A stretch of 43,440 bases of DNA from Odoribacter splanchnicus (GCA_963648625.1 CAVJEZ010000001.1:1-43440); one strand, 5' to 3'; shown: positions 27,623 through 38,164, numbered from the stretch's first letter. The notes: generated by a model not told the origin, from the letters alone. Translations and numbers: made by a program.

Positions 27623-30544
27623 GTGAAAGAGACTACTGTTGTTATTATAGGCGGCGGTGCTACCGGTGCAGGCCTTCTCAGGGACCTTGCCATGCGCGGC
27701 GTGCCGGCCATGCTCTTTGAAAAGGGCGGCTTGTGCCACGGCACAAGCTCGCGCTTTCATGGCCTATTGCACAGCGGCGGCAGATATGCCGTTTCCGATA
27801 ATGAGGCTGCTTCCGAGTGCATCAGGGAAAATACCATATTGCGCCGCATAGGAGCAGGCTGCATACACGAAACCGAGGGCTTCTTTGTCCTGACAAAGGA
27901 AGATGATCCTTCCTATGTTTCCAGCTGGACTGCCGGCTGCCGCAAGGCAGGCATTGAGGCAAAAGAACTCGATCCGAAGGAAGCCCTGCGCATGGAGCCC
28001 GGCCTTGATCCTTCCATGCAGAGGGTCTTCCAGGTGCCTGATGCCGCCATAGACGGCTTCAGGCTGGTGCTGCACAATGCCATGAGCGCCGAGCGCTATG
28101 GCGGCACCTTCTATACCTATCACGAAGTGCTGGGCATTTTGTCTGAAAACGGCCGTGTCACCGGCGTCGAGGTCCGCAATACGCAGACTGGCGAAACAAT
28201 GCGCATCAACTGCCAGCTTGTCGTCAATGCGGCCGGTTCCTGGAGTGCCGAGGTTGTCAAAAGCTCTGGCATCCATCTGCCCTTAACACCTGACAAGGGC
28301 ACGCTCATTGTCTTCAACAGGCGCATTACAAACCATGTGGTCAACAGGCTGCACAAAAGCGGCGACGGCGACATCTTTGTGCCCAACGGCTCGGTGACCA
28401 TATTGGGCACGACATCGCAGACCGTGGACGATCCCGCAGACTTCAGCACCACCACAGATGAAGTGCTGCGACTGCTGGACCTTGGCAGGCCCCTTTTCCC
28501 TGCCATCGACTCCTACAGGATTCTGCGTGTCTTTGCCGGCACAAGGCCCTTGTACACGCCTGGTCCCGATGCTGGCCGTGCCGCATCCAGGGGCTTCCAT
28601 ATCAGCGACCATGCAGAAGACGGCATGGAAGGCCTGATGACCATCTTTGGCGGCAAGCTCACCACCTACAGGCTTATGGCCGAGAAAATGGCCGACATCG
28701 TCTGTGCAAAGCTTGGCGTGACTGCAATGTGCCGCACTGCGGACGAAGCCCTTGTGCCTCAGCCGGCAGACTGGGCCCAGACTTCTGCCAAGACAGTCTT
28801 CCTGCCCCAGAGCATAGGACTTGTTGCCGACAGGCTGGGCGATGATTTTGCCGCCTGCATAAGGCAGACAGGCTGCAGGGGCAAGAACAACCCCATGGTG
28901 TGCGAGTGCGAGATGGTCTCCATGGCAGAGCTTCTGCACGTGGCCTCCCAGCCATCCACCCATTCACTGACAGACGTGCGCCTCAGGACCAGGCTTGGCA
29001 TGGGAACATGCCAGGGCACATTCTGCGGCCTGCGTGCAACTTCTGCCCTGGTGGAGCACGGCATAGTCTTTGGCAATCCCCTTGAGGATATGCGCAACTT
29101 TGTGACCGAGCGCTGGAAGGGCACAAGGGCTGCCTTCTGGGGACAGCTTGCCAGGGAAATGGAACTGGCAAGAGTGATGTATTCCTCTGTCTTTGACAGC
29201 AGGGAAGACGTTCCTGCCGTATCCTCGCTTAAGGCAAAGCCTGAGGCTGCGAAAGAGGACGCAGGCAGCAAGGCGCCTGCCCTTTCCACAAGAACCAGTG
29301 ACACAGTCGTTGTCGGTGCAGGCCTTTCCGGCATGTTTGCCGCCCTGCTTGCAGCCGAGGCCGGCAGAAAGGTTACCCTGATAGCCAAGGGCGCAGGAGC
29401 CCTGGCCATAGGATCGGCGACTATTGACGTGCTTGGCGCAACAGGGAAGGGCAAAGTCTCAGGCAATCCCCTGGACAGCCTGGGAGACCTTGCAGAAAAT
29501 CATCCCTACAACCTTGTGGGACGCAAAGCTGCCGAAGAGGCTCTTGCCAGGTTTGCCGATGAGACTGCCAGGAGGGACTGGCCCATGACAGGGTATGAAG
29601 GAAATGCCCTGGCAAACCACCTTCTGCCCACAGTTCTCGGCACTGAAAAAATTTCTGCCCTTTATCCGGCCTCGCTTGATCCGGCACCATTGCTTGCAGC
29701 CAAAAGAATCCTCGTCTGCGGCATAGAGGGCCTGCGTGACAGCATGCCAGGCATGGCAGTCCATACCCTGCGCAGCAATCCTGCCTTTGCCGGCAAAAAG
29801 ATTGACCATTGCTGGCTTCCCACGCCCTGGCAGGGAACCTACCGTGTGGAGACTGCCCTGGATGTGGCAAGGGCCCTGCAGGGATCCCTTTGCGAGGACT
29901 TCATGCGTGCCCTGGGCAAGGCGGCAGAAGGCTATGACGCTGTTCTCATGCCGGCTGTGTGCGGCATACAGCCTGATCTTTCCATCTGGAGCAGGCTCTG
30001 CTCTGCCGCAGGATGCCCTGTGGTGGAAATGACGGGCCTGCCTCCGGGAGTAACCGGCATGCGCCTTGGAAAGCTTTTGCAGGAATCGCTGGCTTCTGCC
30101 GGCGTTACCATGCTTGAAAACACAAAGGTCACGGGCTTTGAGCAGGAAGGCGGCCGCATGACTGCCCTGCGCACAACCCATAAGGACGGCGACCGCCTCT
30201 ATGTTGCCGAACAGTTTATTATTGCCACAGGCGGCATAGTCAGCGGCGGCCTGGAAATACATCCAGGGTTCGCCAAAGACTCTGTCCTTGGCGTGGCATC
30301 AGCCCTGCCCAGTGACACGGCTTCCTGGGCCCTGCCTGATCCCCTTGGTCCGCAGGCCTTTGCCCTGCTTGGCATGCCTGTCTTAAAGGGCCTTGAGCCG
30401 ACACTGGACGGGCAGGAGCCGTATTTAAGCAATGTCCGCTATATCGGGCGTGCCATAGCCGGACAGGATTCTGCCTTTGAGCGCAGCGGCAACGGCATTG
30501 CCATAGCAACGGCCTATGCCGCTGTCACAAAGCCCTGGCTGTAG
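27623..30544 (+). CDS. glpAB: Fused anaerobic glycerol-3-phosphate dehydrogenase subunits A+B
   Basis: GlpA: IIGGGATG, HGLLHSGGRYA, GGKLTTYRLMAE, BFD-like CECE...TRLGMGTCQGTFC; after a linker, GlpB: VVGAGLSG, PPGVTGMRL, IATGG, SGNGIA. Confidence 0.88.
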   Translation: MKETTVVIIGGGATGAGLLRDLAMRGVPAMLFEKGGLCHGTSSRFHGLLHSGGRYAVSDNEAASECIRENTILRRIGAGCIHETEGFFVLTKEDDPSYVSSWTAGCRKAGIEAKELDPKEALRMEPGLDPSMQRVFQVPDAAIDGFRLVLHNAMSAERYGGTFYTYHEVLGILSENGRVTGVEVRNTQTGETMRINCQLVVNAAGSWSAEVVKSSGIHLPLTPDKGTLIVFNRRITNHVVNRLHKSGDGDIFVPNGSVTILGTTSQTVDDPADFSTTTDEVLRLLDLGRPLFPAIDSYRILRVFAGTRPLYTPGPDAGRAASRGFHISDHAEDGMEGLMTIFGGKLTTYRLMAEKMADIVCAKLGVTAMCRTADEALVPQPADWAQTSAKTVFLPQSIGLVADRLGDDFAACIRQTGCRGKNNPMVCECEMVSMAELLHVASQPSTHSLTDVRLRTRLGMGTCQGTFCGLRATSALVEHGIVFGNPLEDMRNFVTERWKGTRAAFWGQLAREMELARVMYSSVFDSREDVPAVSSLKAKPEAAKEDAGSKAPALSTRTSDTVVVGAGLSGMFAALLAAEAGRKVTLIAKGAGALAIGSATIDVLGATGKGKVSGNPLDSLGDLAENHPYNLVGRKAAEEALARFADETARRDWPMTGYEGNALANHLLPTVLGTEKISALYPASLDPAPLLAAKRILVCGIEGLRDSMPGMAVHTLRSNPAFAGKKIDHCWLPTPWQGTYRVETALDVARALQGSLCEDFMRALGKAAEGYDAVLMPAVCGIQPDLSIWSRLCSAAGCPVVEMTGLPPGVTGMRLGKLLQESLASAGVTMLENTKVTGFEQEGGRMTALRTTHKDGDRLYVAEQFIIATGGIVSGGLEIHPGFAKDSVLGVASALPSDTASWALPDPLGPQAFALLGMPVLKGLEPTLDGQEPYLSNVRYIGRAIAGQDSAFERSGNGIAIATAYAAVTKPWL

Positions 30545-30557
30545 GAGGACGTGCAGG

Positions 30558-31766
30558 ATGAATACCAAGAACAAAAAGATGCCTGTGGGCGTTGATCCCG
30601 ATGCCTGCATAGCCTGTACTACCTGCACGGTTTTCTGCCCCGTAGCCGCTGTGTCAGGCGAATTCCTGGGCCCCAAGATGATAGGGCCCGCCTATGAGCG
30701 CTTCCGCCTGTCCGGGCTTGAGGAAGACAAGTCGCTGAGCTACTGCTCCAACTGCAAGAACTGCGACATCTCCTGCCCCCAGGGCGTGAGCATTGCCAGC
30801 ATCAACATGGTTGCCAGGGCAAAGCAGTACGGTGAAAAGCATCCCCATTTCCTGAGGGACTGGATTGTCAGCCATGCAGAGACAGTGTCCTCCCTCATGT
30901 GCTTTACCCCTGCCAGCCTCAACAACAAGCTGATCAGCCTTCCCATTGTCCGCAAGGCCATGGACTTTATCGGCATCTCAAAGGGCGCTCCCATGCCGCC
31001 CTATGCCGCCAAAAGGTTCAGGAAAAGGATCAAGGAGCTGAACCAGGTGGCGACCGGCAAAACAGTCGCCTTCTTCCCCGGCTGCTATGTGGATCTCTAT
31101 GACGCAAAGGCCGGCGAGGATCTGGTATGGCTTCTGGGCAAGGCCGGATACAAGGTAGTGATACCCGATGAGTTCCGCTGCTGCGGCGTGCCCATGATAG
31201 CCAACGGCTTTATGGACGATGCCAGAAAGAATGCCGCCCGCAACCTTGCAGCCATGCGTTCCATGGCAAAACAGGGCATTCCGGTAATAACGGCCTGTCC
31301 TTCCTGCGAGCTTATGCTCAAGGAAGAGATTCCCTCCTTCTTCCCCGAACTGGCAGAAGAAGGCATGCCTGTCATCACGGACGCCCAGGAATTTGTCCTG
31401 AACGAGATACAGGAAGGAAGGCTTTCCCTTTCCCTGAAAGAGGCGCAGGCAAAGGTCATCTACCATGCGCCCTGCCATATGCGAGCCCTGGGGATTGGGC
31501 TTCCCGGCTATGAGCTCATGAAGACCCTCGGCATTTCCTGCCAGGCCGCCAATGCCGGCTGCTGCGGCATCTCGGGAAGCTACGGCTTCAAAAAGGAAAA
31601 GCATGAGGTAGCCATGAAGGTAGGAGCCGAGCTTTTTGACGCGGTCAGGAAAAGCGGCGCTTCCTATGTAGCCACTGAATGCGGCACCTGCCGCCTGCAG
31701 ATTACAGGGGCAACTGGCATTCCCTCGCTGCATCCTTTCAGCCTGATCAGGATGCTGGCTGAATAA
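30558..31766 (+). CDS. glpC: Anaerobic glycerol-3-phosphate dehydrogenase subunit C
   Basis: Two CxxCxxCxxxCP motifs and CCG domains (CCGVP, CCGISGSYGFK); AGGAGG RBS. Confidence 0.93.
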   Translation: MNTKNKKMPVGVDPDACIACTTCTVFCPVAAVSGEFLGPKMIGPAYERFRLSGLEEDKSLSYCSNCKNCDISCPQGVSIASINMVARAKQYGEKHPHFLRDWIVSHAETVSSLMCFTPASLNNKLISLPIVRKAMDFIGISKGAPMPPYAAKRFRKRIKELNQVATGKTVAFFPGCYVDLYDAKAGEDLVWLLGKAGYKVVIPDEFRCCGVPMIANGFMDDARKNAARNLAAMRSMAKQGIPVITACPSCELMLKEEIPSFFPELAEEGMPVITDAQEFVLNEIQEGRLSLSLKEAQAKVIYHAPCHMRALGIGLPGYELMKTLGISCQAANAGCCGISGSYGFKKEKHEVAMKVGAELFDAVRKSGASYVATECGTCRLQITGATGIPSLHPFSLIRMLAE

Positions 31767-31803
31767 GGCTTTCTCGCCCCGCCAGGGGCAGATAAGAATA
31801 TAA

Positions 31804-31840
31804 AAGAGCAGGCTGCGAACCGGATTCGCAGCCTGCTCTT
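31804..31840. terminator. 16-bp hairpin between convergent glpC and the lprI-like gene
   Basis: aagagcaggctgcgaa-ccgga-ttcgcagcctgctctt. Confidence 0.75.
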
Positions 31841-31905
31841 GCTTTCAGAAAAGAAATCCTTCGTGGAGTAGCAGTCCCACCACAAAGCGGTTTCGGGCCT
31901 GGGTC

Positions 31906-32325
31906 TTACATACCCTCAGACTTGAGCAGCTTTGCCTGCTTCTTGGTTTCTTCAGCCAGGAAGCCTGCGGCACTCAGCCTGCTCATGGTTCCGTCAGAAG
32001 AGCTGTAGATATACTCGGCCATGCCTTCCTTGTACTGTATCCAGGCCCTCTGAGCCTTTTTCAGGTTGGCTTTGCATTGCGGAGTGCCTTCCTCATCGCA
32101 GTTCTTCATGGCCATTTTGTAGTTTTTGTTGAGGATTTTGTCCCAGTACTGGTAGGCAGAATCGTAGCATCCAATCATGTCTGTAGTTGCACTGCTGCGG
32201 TTCATGCAGGCATTGAAGCCAGGGGCCAGTTCCTCTTCTGCTGCCTGGACGGCACAAGGTGCAGCCAGGGCGGCACAAAGAAGTCCGCATGTAACAAGTT
32301 TTGCCGGAGTAAAGCTGATAGCCAT
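31906..32325 (-). CDS. Secreted LprI-family (DUF1311) lysozyme-inhibitor-like protein
   Basis: Signal peptide; C-M...TTDMIGC...WDKILNKNY...LKKAQRAWIQYK; AGGAG RBS. Confidence 0.8.
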   Translation of the reverse strand: MAISFTPAKLVTCGLLCAALAAPCAVQAAEEELAPGFNACMNRSSATTDMIGCYDSAYQYWDKILNKNYKMAMKNCDEEGTPQCKANLKKAQRAWIQYKEGMAEYIYSSSDGTMSRLSAAGFLAEETKKQAKLLKSEGM

Positions 32326-32957
32326 AATGTTCTCCTTTGTCTGAGGGCCTGGTTTAGAGGCTTGCAGCACTCAGCCCTCTGCTTGAGGTATTCAGTCCAT
32401 TTTTCAAAAAAAGGTGTGGGGTACTATAAGCAGGACAATTTGAAATTTGGTTATTTTCAGGGGAAATGTCAATATATCTTGCATATAAATTGCATGTATT
32501 GCAATGGGAAAGTTCAGTGTACAGAAGTTGCTACCGGATGATTATCATAGCAGTCTGGTATGCTATCCATTTTAGTACATGCCATTCTGCTTCTTTTATG
32601 GTGAGTTTGTGCAGGGATTTGGCCTTTGTGCCGGAACAGCGGTACGGCTGCCATAATGTGCAGTACTGACAGAGATGTTGTCGTGCCATCATTCCTGAGC
32701 AAGCTGGTAAGGAAAAGACTATTGCCATGAAGCAGGCTATTAGATAGAAAATAGTGGCAGTGAACCATATGCTGTGAGTACATGACTGATTTAAACACCG
32801 GAGGACAAACTGGCCGGCAACAATGGGATGTTCCGGCTGGAAATCCTGCTTTGTACCTTAATGGTATTTGCATGAAGTCATGAGAGGGTATCTAGAAACA
32901 GGCTGTTGCTTTTGCAATACTGTTACCCTGCATCTTTTGCTTTTGAGGAAATCTTTT

Positions 32958-34154
32958 ATGAGCGCAGAAACAAACCTCCAAGCTGGCAATATACTTCCTG
33001 CCCAACAGAGCAAAGAGTACCTTGAAAAAATGAAGGATGTACTTGAAGTTTCTGATGAAGATTTAAAACGTCTGAACGAGCTGGTTGCAGATTGTTTAGA
33101 ATCATACCACACCCGTCCGGCGGGACAGGACTGGTCAGAGTGGCTCAAAAATGAAGGGGTACGTCACGCCAGGGCATGGAACAGTGAAGACGAGCGGGTG
33201 CAGGACGTTAAGCAGATTATAGATAAAGCGGAAGAAATTACTGCCACTTATCAGAATTTCGGGGAGCACATTGCCCAGGGGAAAAGTGCTGAATTCTGGA
33301 TTGCCAAAAAGATTGAAAGCGGCGCAAAGTACCTTGGAATTGATACAAGCCGGTATGCGCAAAGTATTAAAGAAGCCTTGCAGAAAGCAAACAAGGATGT
33401 TTATGAACAGCTCGGAAGGATTCCGCTTGTCGGGGACTTTGCCGTTTCCAAAGAGCAGATCGAAAGGGGAAATAATGTTACTGCCGGTCAGCCTGCTGAA
33501 TGGAATGATTTCACCCGTATCGCAGTAGCAAGAGATATCAAGCAGTTGAGCCTTGATAACGTTAGTGCCAATTTAGCTTCCAGGGAAGCGGTAATGCAGG
33601 CTCAGGAGCCTCTCAATAAAGAGACGGGCTTCGAAAAGCATGATTTCAGCAGGGATCTGGAAGAGTCTTGCAAAACATCCTTGAATGAAGCTGTCAACAT
33701 TGGTCTTGGAAGTGCTGTGGCCGTAGCCCTGATAGTGTTTAGCCGTGGTACTCAGTCTGATTTATTAGGCTCTGTACCTGCGGATATCATAACTGCTATA
33801 GTCTTTGATACACTGAACAAGAACAGAATTATGTATCAGACTGCCAACGGGAGCATAGGTCCTTTTGAGGTAGTTGATGCCTCTTTAAATTCAACAGTAG
33901 TTAATCTTGGAGGCATGGTGGGAGGCCGGTTGGGCGCGTCAGTAGGCGCTGTTGTGGGCTCTGTTTTTGGACCAGCAGGTACATGTATTGGCTCTCATGT
34001 TGGCAGTCTTGTGGGGAAACAGGCTGGCCCCATAGTTGCTGAGAAGTTGTATGGTGGGTCTAAAAAAGTCTGCAGCGTTGTCAGCAGAACAGTTAGTTCA
34101 GTTTGTATCTCTGATAGTAGGTTTGTTAAAGGTGTATCCAGCCTGTTTTCCTGA
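32958..34154 (+). CDS. Hypothetical protein: helical N-terminus, hydrophobic segments, C-terminal glycine zipper
   Basis: GAGG RBS; IGLGSAVAVALIVF; LGGMVGGRLGASVGAVVGSVFGPAGTCIGSHVGSLVG (GxxxG repeats). Confidence 0.8.
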   Translation: MSAETNLQAGNILPAQQSKEYLEKMKDVLEVSDEDLKRLNELVADCLESYHTRPAGQDWSEWLKNEGVRHARAWNSEDERVQDVKQIIDKAEEITATYQNFGEHIAQGKSAEFWIAKKIESGAKYLGIDTSRYAQSIKEALQKANKDVYEQLGRIPLVGDFAVSKEQIERGNNVTAGQPAEWNDFTRIAVARDIKQLSLDNVSANLASREAVMQAQEPLNKETGFEKHDFSRDLEESCKTSLNEAVNIGLGSAVAVALIVFSRGTQSDLLGSVPADIITAIVFDTLNKNRIMYQTANGSIGPFEVVDASLNSTVVNLGGMVGGRLGASVGAVVGSVFGPAGTCIGSHVGSLVGKQAGPIVAEKLYGGSKKVCSVVSRTVSSVCISDSRFVKGVSSLFS

Positions 34155-34242
34155 TTGTACGAATGACGGATACATTAAAGGTATGTAACAAAATTCAGTA
34201 ATAAGCCTGATTGATGATATTATGCTATAGAGAGAAAAAAAA

Positions 34243-35157
34243 ATGGCAAAGACAATTAAATTCAACCTTATTTGCGATGGCAATCCTGTTCGTACTATAG
34301 AGGAATTACAAAATAACTTTTCTATTCAGGATGTCTTGGAGTTGTATAATAACAAACAGCTCCACCGTTGGCTAAAGGTTAGAGGATATCCGCAATTTGA
34401 AGATGTCACTAATATTACCGCAAGTGACCCGATGGAAATCATCAAAGAACTGATACGTATTTTCGATATTGAAACTGATAAACAAGAAATTGAAAAAGAT
34501 ATTTATATCCTTAATTATTTGGAAAGGCGCAAGGAACGTTATGCTGTTTATAAGCAGGAAAATTATAATATAGAGAGAATTATTAATGATTATGAAAGTG
34601 GATATGATGCGCTGGTAAGGGACATATTAAGACATCCTGATGATGTTGCTTTTATTAAGGCAAAGATCCATGCAATTATTGCAAATTATACATGGATACT
34701 GAAACGGGACCACAGAGCATTGTTTTACATGTTGGCAGAAAGGTCTCCCCTGGCAATTATGTGTCTTTTGATGAATAAACAGTGCAGAAACTATTATCTT
34801 CCTGTTGCAGTTGCTGGTGAAGACGGAAAAAAAAGCTTTGATATAGATAAGGATTTCGATAAACGCCAGATGTATGAGAAAATCAAAAAAATGATTACAG
34901 ATAAGCGTATACTTAATTCATTAGGTGAAAATCTTATTACAGAATCAAGCGTGTCAACTGGTATCTGGACGCAACTTCAGCCTGGTGGCAGGAAGTTCAT
35001 GATTGTCAGCATGGACAAAGGAGACTATGTCTGTCCTGCTTATCCGGGAGGCGATGGATTGTCTGTGCAGGACATTAGGGATAAATTTGTTATCATTAAT
35101 GGTATTGATTATAAGAGTAGTAGTGCAAAGCACTGCTTGCGTTACATGAAGGTTTAG
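34243..35157 (+). CDS. Hypothetical protein (304 aa)
   Basis: Long AT-rich ORF, N-terminus MAKTIKFNLICDGNPVRTIEELQNNF; stop 2 nt before the AAA+ ATG. Confidence 0.85.
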   Translation: MAKTIKFNLICDGNPVRTIEELQNNFSIQDVLELYNNKQLHRWLKVRGYPQFEDVTNITASDPMEIIKELIRIFDIETDKQEIEKDIYILNYLERRKERYAVYKQENYNIERIINDYESGYDALVRDILRHPDDVAFIKAKIHAIIANYTWILKRDHRALFYMLAERSPLAIMCLLMNKQCRNYYLPVAVAGEDGKKSFDIDKDFDKRQMYEKIKKMITDKRILNSLGENLITESSVSTGIWTQLQPGGRKFMIVSMDKGDYVCPAYPGGDGLSVQDIRDKFVIINGIDYKSSSAKHCLRYMKV

Positions 35158-35159
35158 CC

Positions 35160-36707
35160 ATGCAGGAAAGTCAAGTTAATATATTGGCTTCATATATCAA
35201 CGCCTTGCACCCTATTATTTACATTAATCATTTTGATTCAAAGGTGATTGATGATGCAATTAGGAAGATTGGTAAATTATCTACATATTATGTCGAATAT
35301 AATAATGCCTTAGGTGCTGTAGATTTTAAAACAAAAAGATCTCTGCATGAATGTGATCTTGAAAATTTTCTAAAATCAGCACTAGAGTTAGGTTATGACC
35401 AGGATACATTTCTTATTTTAAGAGATATTCATGGTGAAATGAATAACCATAAGGTAATTTCACTTTTAAAAAGAATTGCTGAAAAAAATATCAATACTGA
35501 TAATTACAATACAACCATCCTGATTATATCAGAAGTCGTTGTAATTCCACGTGAACTGGAAAATTTCATAACCGTATTTGAGGTCCCTTTGCCGACAATT
35601 GATGAAATTCATACGCTGATATGTAATTTCGTTGACGACCACGAAATTATTGTGTCCGAAGAGGATATTAATGACATTGCACTTTCCTTAAAGGGGCTAA
35701 ATGAATTCAATATACTGCAGATACTTTATCTTGCTTATCAGGACGGCGGCTGTATCGGCAGAGATAATAAAAAATTAATTTTAAAGGAGAAAGAGCAGTT
35801 TGTAAAAAAATCGGGCATGCTCGAAATAGTACACTTTTCGGAGACGGTTGATGACATCGGCGGTCTAGAAAATTTAAAAAAATGGCTTGGAAGAAAGGCC
35901 GAAGTTTTTAGAGAATTGGACAAAGCTATAAAGTTTGGCGTAGCTGTCCCTAGGGGTATCATGATTGTTGGCATGCCAGGCTGTGGCAAAAGTCTGACTG
36001 CAAAGGCAACTGCCAGCCTGTTTGAAATACCTCTGGTTCGTCTTGACGTTGGCCGTTTACTGGGGAAATACGTTGGCGAATCCGAAAATAATATGCGAAA
36101 GGCGTTGAAACTTGCCGAAGCAATCAGTCCTTGTGTCCTGTGGATTGATGAAATAGAAAAAGCGTTCGCCGGTATCGGAGCAGATGACGGTAATGGTGTT
36201 ACTACACGTCTTTTCGGTCAGTTCCTTACCTGGATGCAGGAAAAAGAAAATACGGTCTTCATAGTTGCAACGGCTAACGATATCTCCAGAATGCCACCTG
36301 AGTTTCTGCGAAAAGGAAGGTTTGACGAATTGTTTTTTGTTGACCTTCCCAATGATGAAGAACGTATGAAAATTTTGGACATCCATCTGAAAAACCGCAA
36401 GAAATGGAATAAAGCTATTGATTACACTGCGCTGATTAAGGAAACTGAAGGTTTTAATGGAGCTGATCTTGAAGCAGTGGTCAATGACACCATTGAAAGG
36501 GCATTTATTGACCAAAGAACTGAAATTACAACAGAAAATTTGATTTGTTCTGTGAGGGATACAACGTCTATTTCAAGTACGTTGAAAAATAAAATAAAAC
36601 AAATCAGGGATACTGTAAGCGCAATGGACATTAAGCGTGCGAGCATTGAAATTAGCCAAAGTACAGTTAAAAATTGTTTAACGATGATTGCAAGCAAGGT
36701 TCGCTAA
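35160..36707 (+). CDS. Ycf46-like classic-clade AAA+ ATPase (degenerate N-terminal module plus active module)
   Basis: [10 protein letters not shown], Walker A GMPGCGKS, pore loop KYVGESE, Walker [31 protein letters not shown]. Confidence 0.9.
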   Translation: MQESQVNILASYINALHPIIYINHFDSKVIDDAIRKIGKLSTYYVEYNNALGAVDFKTKRSLHECDLENFLKSALELGYDQDTFLILRDIHGEMNNHKVISLLKRIAEKNINTDNYNTTILIISEVVVIPRELENFITVFEVPLPTIDEIHTLICNFVDDHEIIVSEEDINDIALSLKGLNEFNILQILYLAYQDGGCIGRDNKKLILKEKEQFVKKSGMLEIVHFSETVDDIGGLENLKKWLGRKAEVFRELDKAIKFGVAVPRGIMIVGMPGCGKSLTAKATASLFEIPLVRLDVGRLLGKYVGESENNMRKALKLAEAISPCVLWIDEIEKAFAGIGADDGNGVTTRLFGQFLTWMQEKENTVFIVATANDISRMPPEFLRKGRFDELFFVDLPNDEERMKILDIHLKNRKKWNKAIDYTALIKETEGFNGADLEAVVNDTIERAFIDQRTEITTENLICSVRDTTSISSTLKNKIKQIRDTVSAMDIKRASIEISQSTVKNCLTMIASKVR

Positions 36708-36819
36708 GTAGCAGTTACGGTCAACTCATATTTGTATACTTAGGCACTACATTGCTTGTTTTGACGTTACAGATTGAGCGGGTGCCCATAACTGTCCATA
36801 ACAAAAAGAGGCCTATCCG

Positions 36820-38073
36820 CTAAAAGTCCAGACTGTCTTTATTAAGAAGAAATTGCAGGATGCTCATAATGAGAATGCCATCGTTATTATAATGCGGTGT
36901 TAAACAATCTCTTGTAATTATTATTTTCTTAAACCCATCTTTTGTCAGTAGCAGGGATCTTTGTTCCTGTGCGAATTTTTCTTTATCATCTACAGAGAAA
37001 GAAGATTGTATGTGATAGCGCTTTGAACACTTATTACAGACAAAATCAATTTCATACTGTACATGTACGCCATTGCCAGCTTGGTTTGTCCTATTGAATG
37101 GAACAACTCCTACATCAACAGAAAAGCCACGCATTTTCAGCTCATTAAAGATGATATTCTCCATGGCATGAGTTTCTTCTATCTGGCGAAAATTTATATG
37201 CGTATTCCGTAAGCCTAAATCTGTAAAATAGTATTTGTATGGTGTATTAATATATCTTTTGCCCTTAACATCATATCGAATTGCCTGATCAATAAGAAAA
37301 GAGTCACACAGATATTCTATATATTTTTCAATAGTATTTTTACTAACGACAGTTTGCTTCATGCTCTTGAATGTCTTTGAAAGCCTTGTCGGGTTAGTAA
37401 GCGAGCCAACAGAGGAAGAAAGAATATTTAGTATATCTTTCAGTTCATCTTTTTTACGAATTTTGTGTCTGCGTATAATGTCCTTGATATAGGTTTCATC
37501 CAGAATGTCCTTCAGGAAGGCTGTTTTCTCGTCAGGGTCATTCATCTGAGCTATTTGAGGCAGGCCGCCGTAGAGCATGTATTCCGTCAGGCTTTTTTCC
37601 TGCGAACCCTGATATACGGACATGAATTCAGCAAAACTGAGCGGGTACATATGTACTGCAATGCCTCTGCCTTCGAATTCAGTGACAACGTCTTTGGAGA
37701 GGAAGCGGGCATTGCTTCCGGTAACGTAGACATCGACATTTTTTCTGTTATTCAGGCTGTTGAGCACTTCAACAAACTCGTCGAGCATCTGTATTTCATC
37801 CAGCAGGATGTAGTACATGCCGTTATCTTTGATTTGTTCTGTAATGTGCGGATGGAACACATTGGGGTCGCGGAAGCGCTTGTTCTCAAAGAAGTCAAAG
37901 TTCATTTCAAGAATATGGCTGCTGTCTGTTCCTTCTGCCAGAAGATGGTTTTTGAAAAGAGTGAACAACAGATAGGATTTGCCACAGCGGCGAAGACCGG
38001 TGATTACCTTGGTGATACCATTGTGTTTTTTCCTTATCAGGCTGGCCAGGTAGGAATCTCTTTTGATTTCCAT
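36820..38073 (-). CDS. COG1373-type ATP-binding protein (AAA_14 + DUF4143)
   Basis: GLRRCGKS, LLDEIQ, YVTGSN, PLSFAEF, KYYFTDLGLRN, MENIIFNEL, EIDFV...YHIQS. Confidence 0.92.
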   Translation of the reverse strand: MEIKRDSYLASLIRKKHNGITKVITGLRRCGKSYLLFTLFKNHLLAEGTDSSHILEMNFDFFENKRFRDPNVFHPHITEQIKDNGMYYILLDEIQMLDEFVEVLNSLNNRKNVDVYVTGSNARFLSKDVVTEFEGRGIAVHMYPLSFAEFMSVYQGSQEKSLTEYMLYGGLPQIAQMNDPDEKTAFLKDILDETYIKDIIRRHKIRKKDELKDILNILSSSVGSLTNPTRLSKTFKSMKQTVVSKNTIEKYIEYLCDSFLIDQAIRYDVKGKRYINTPYKYYFTDLGLRNTHINFRQIEETHAMENIIFNELKMRGFSVDVGVVPFNRTNQAGNGVHVQYEIDFVCNKCSKRYHIQSSFSVDDKEKFAQEQRSLLLTKDGFKKIIITRDCLTPHYNNDGILIMSILQFLLNKDSLDF

Positions 38074-38164
38074 TGCAACTTCCCAAAATTACCAACAGTA
38101 CAAAGCAGGGAGTCTGAGGCACCTGCCAGTCTTTATGGGAAAGCAGGCAGATGCCGGAATTGTA

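Noticed and set aside
32466..32873. Small ORFs between the LprI-like gene and the islet
   Set aside because: No RBS or recognisable motifs; overlapping short frames on both strands
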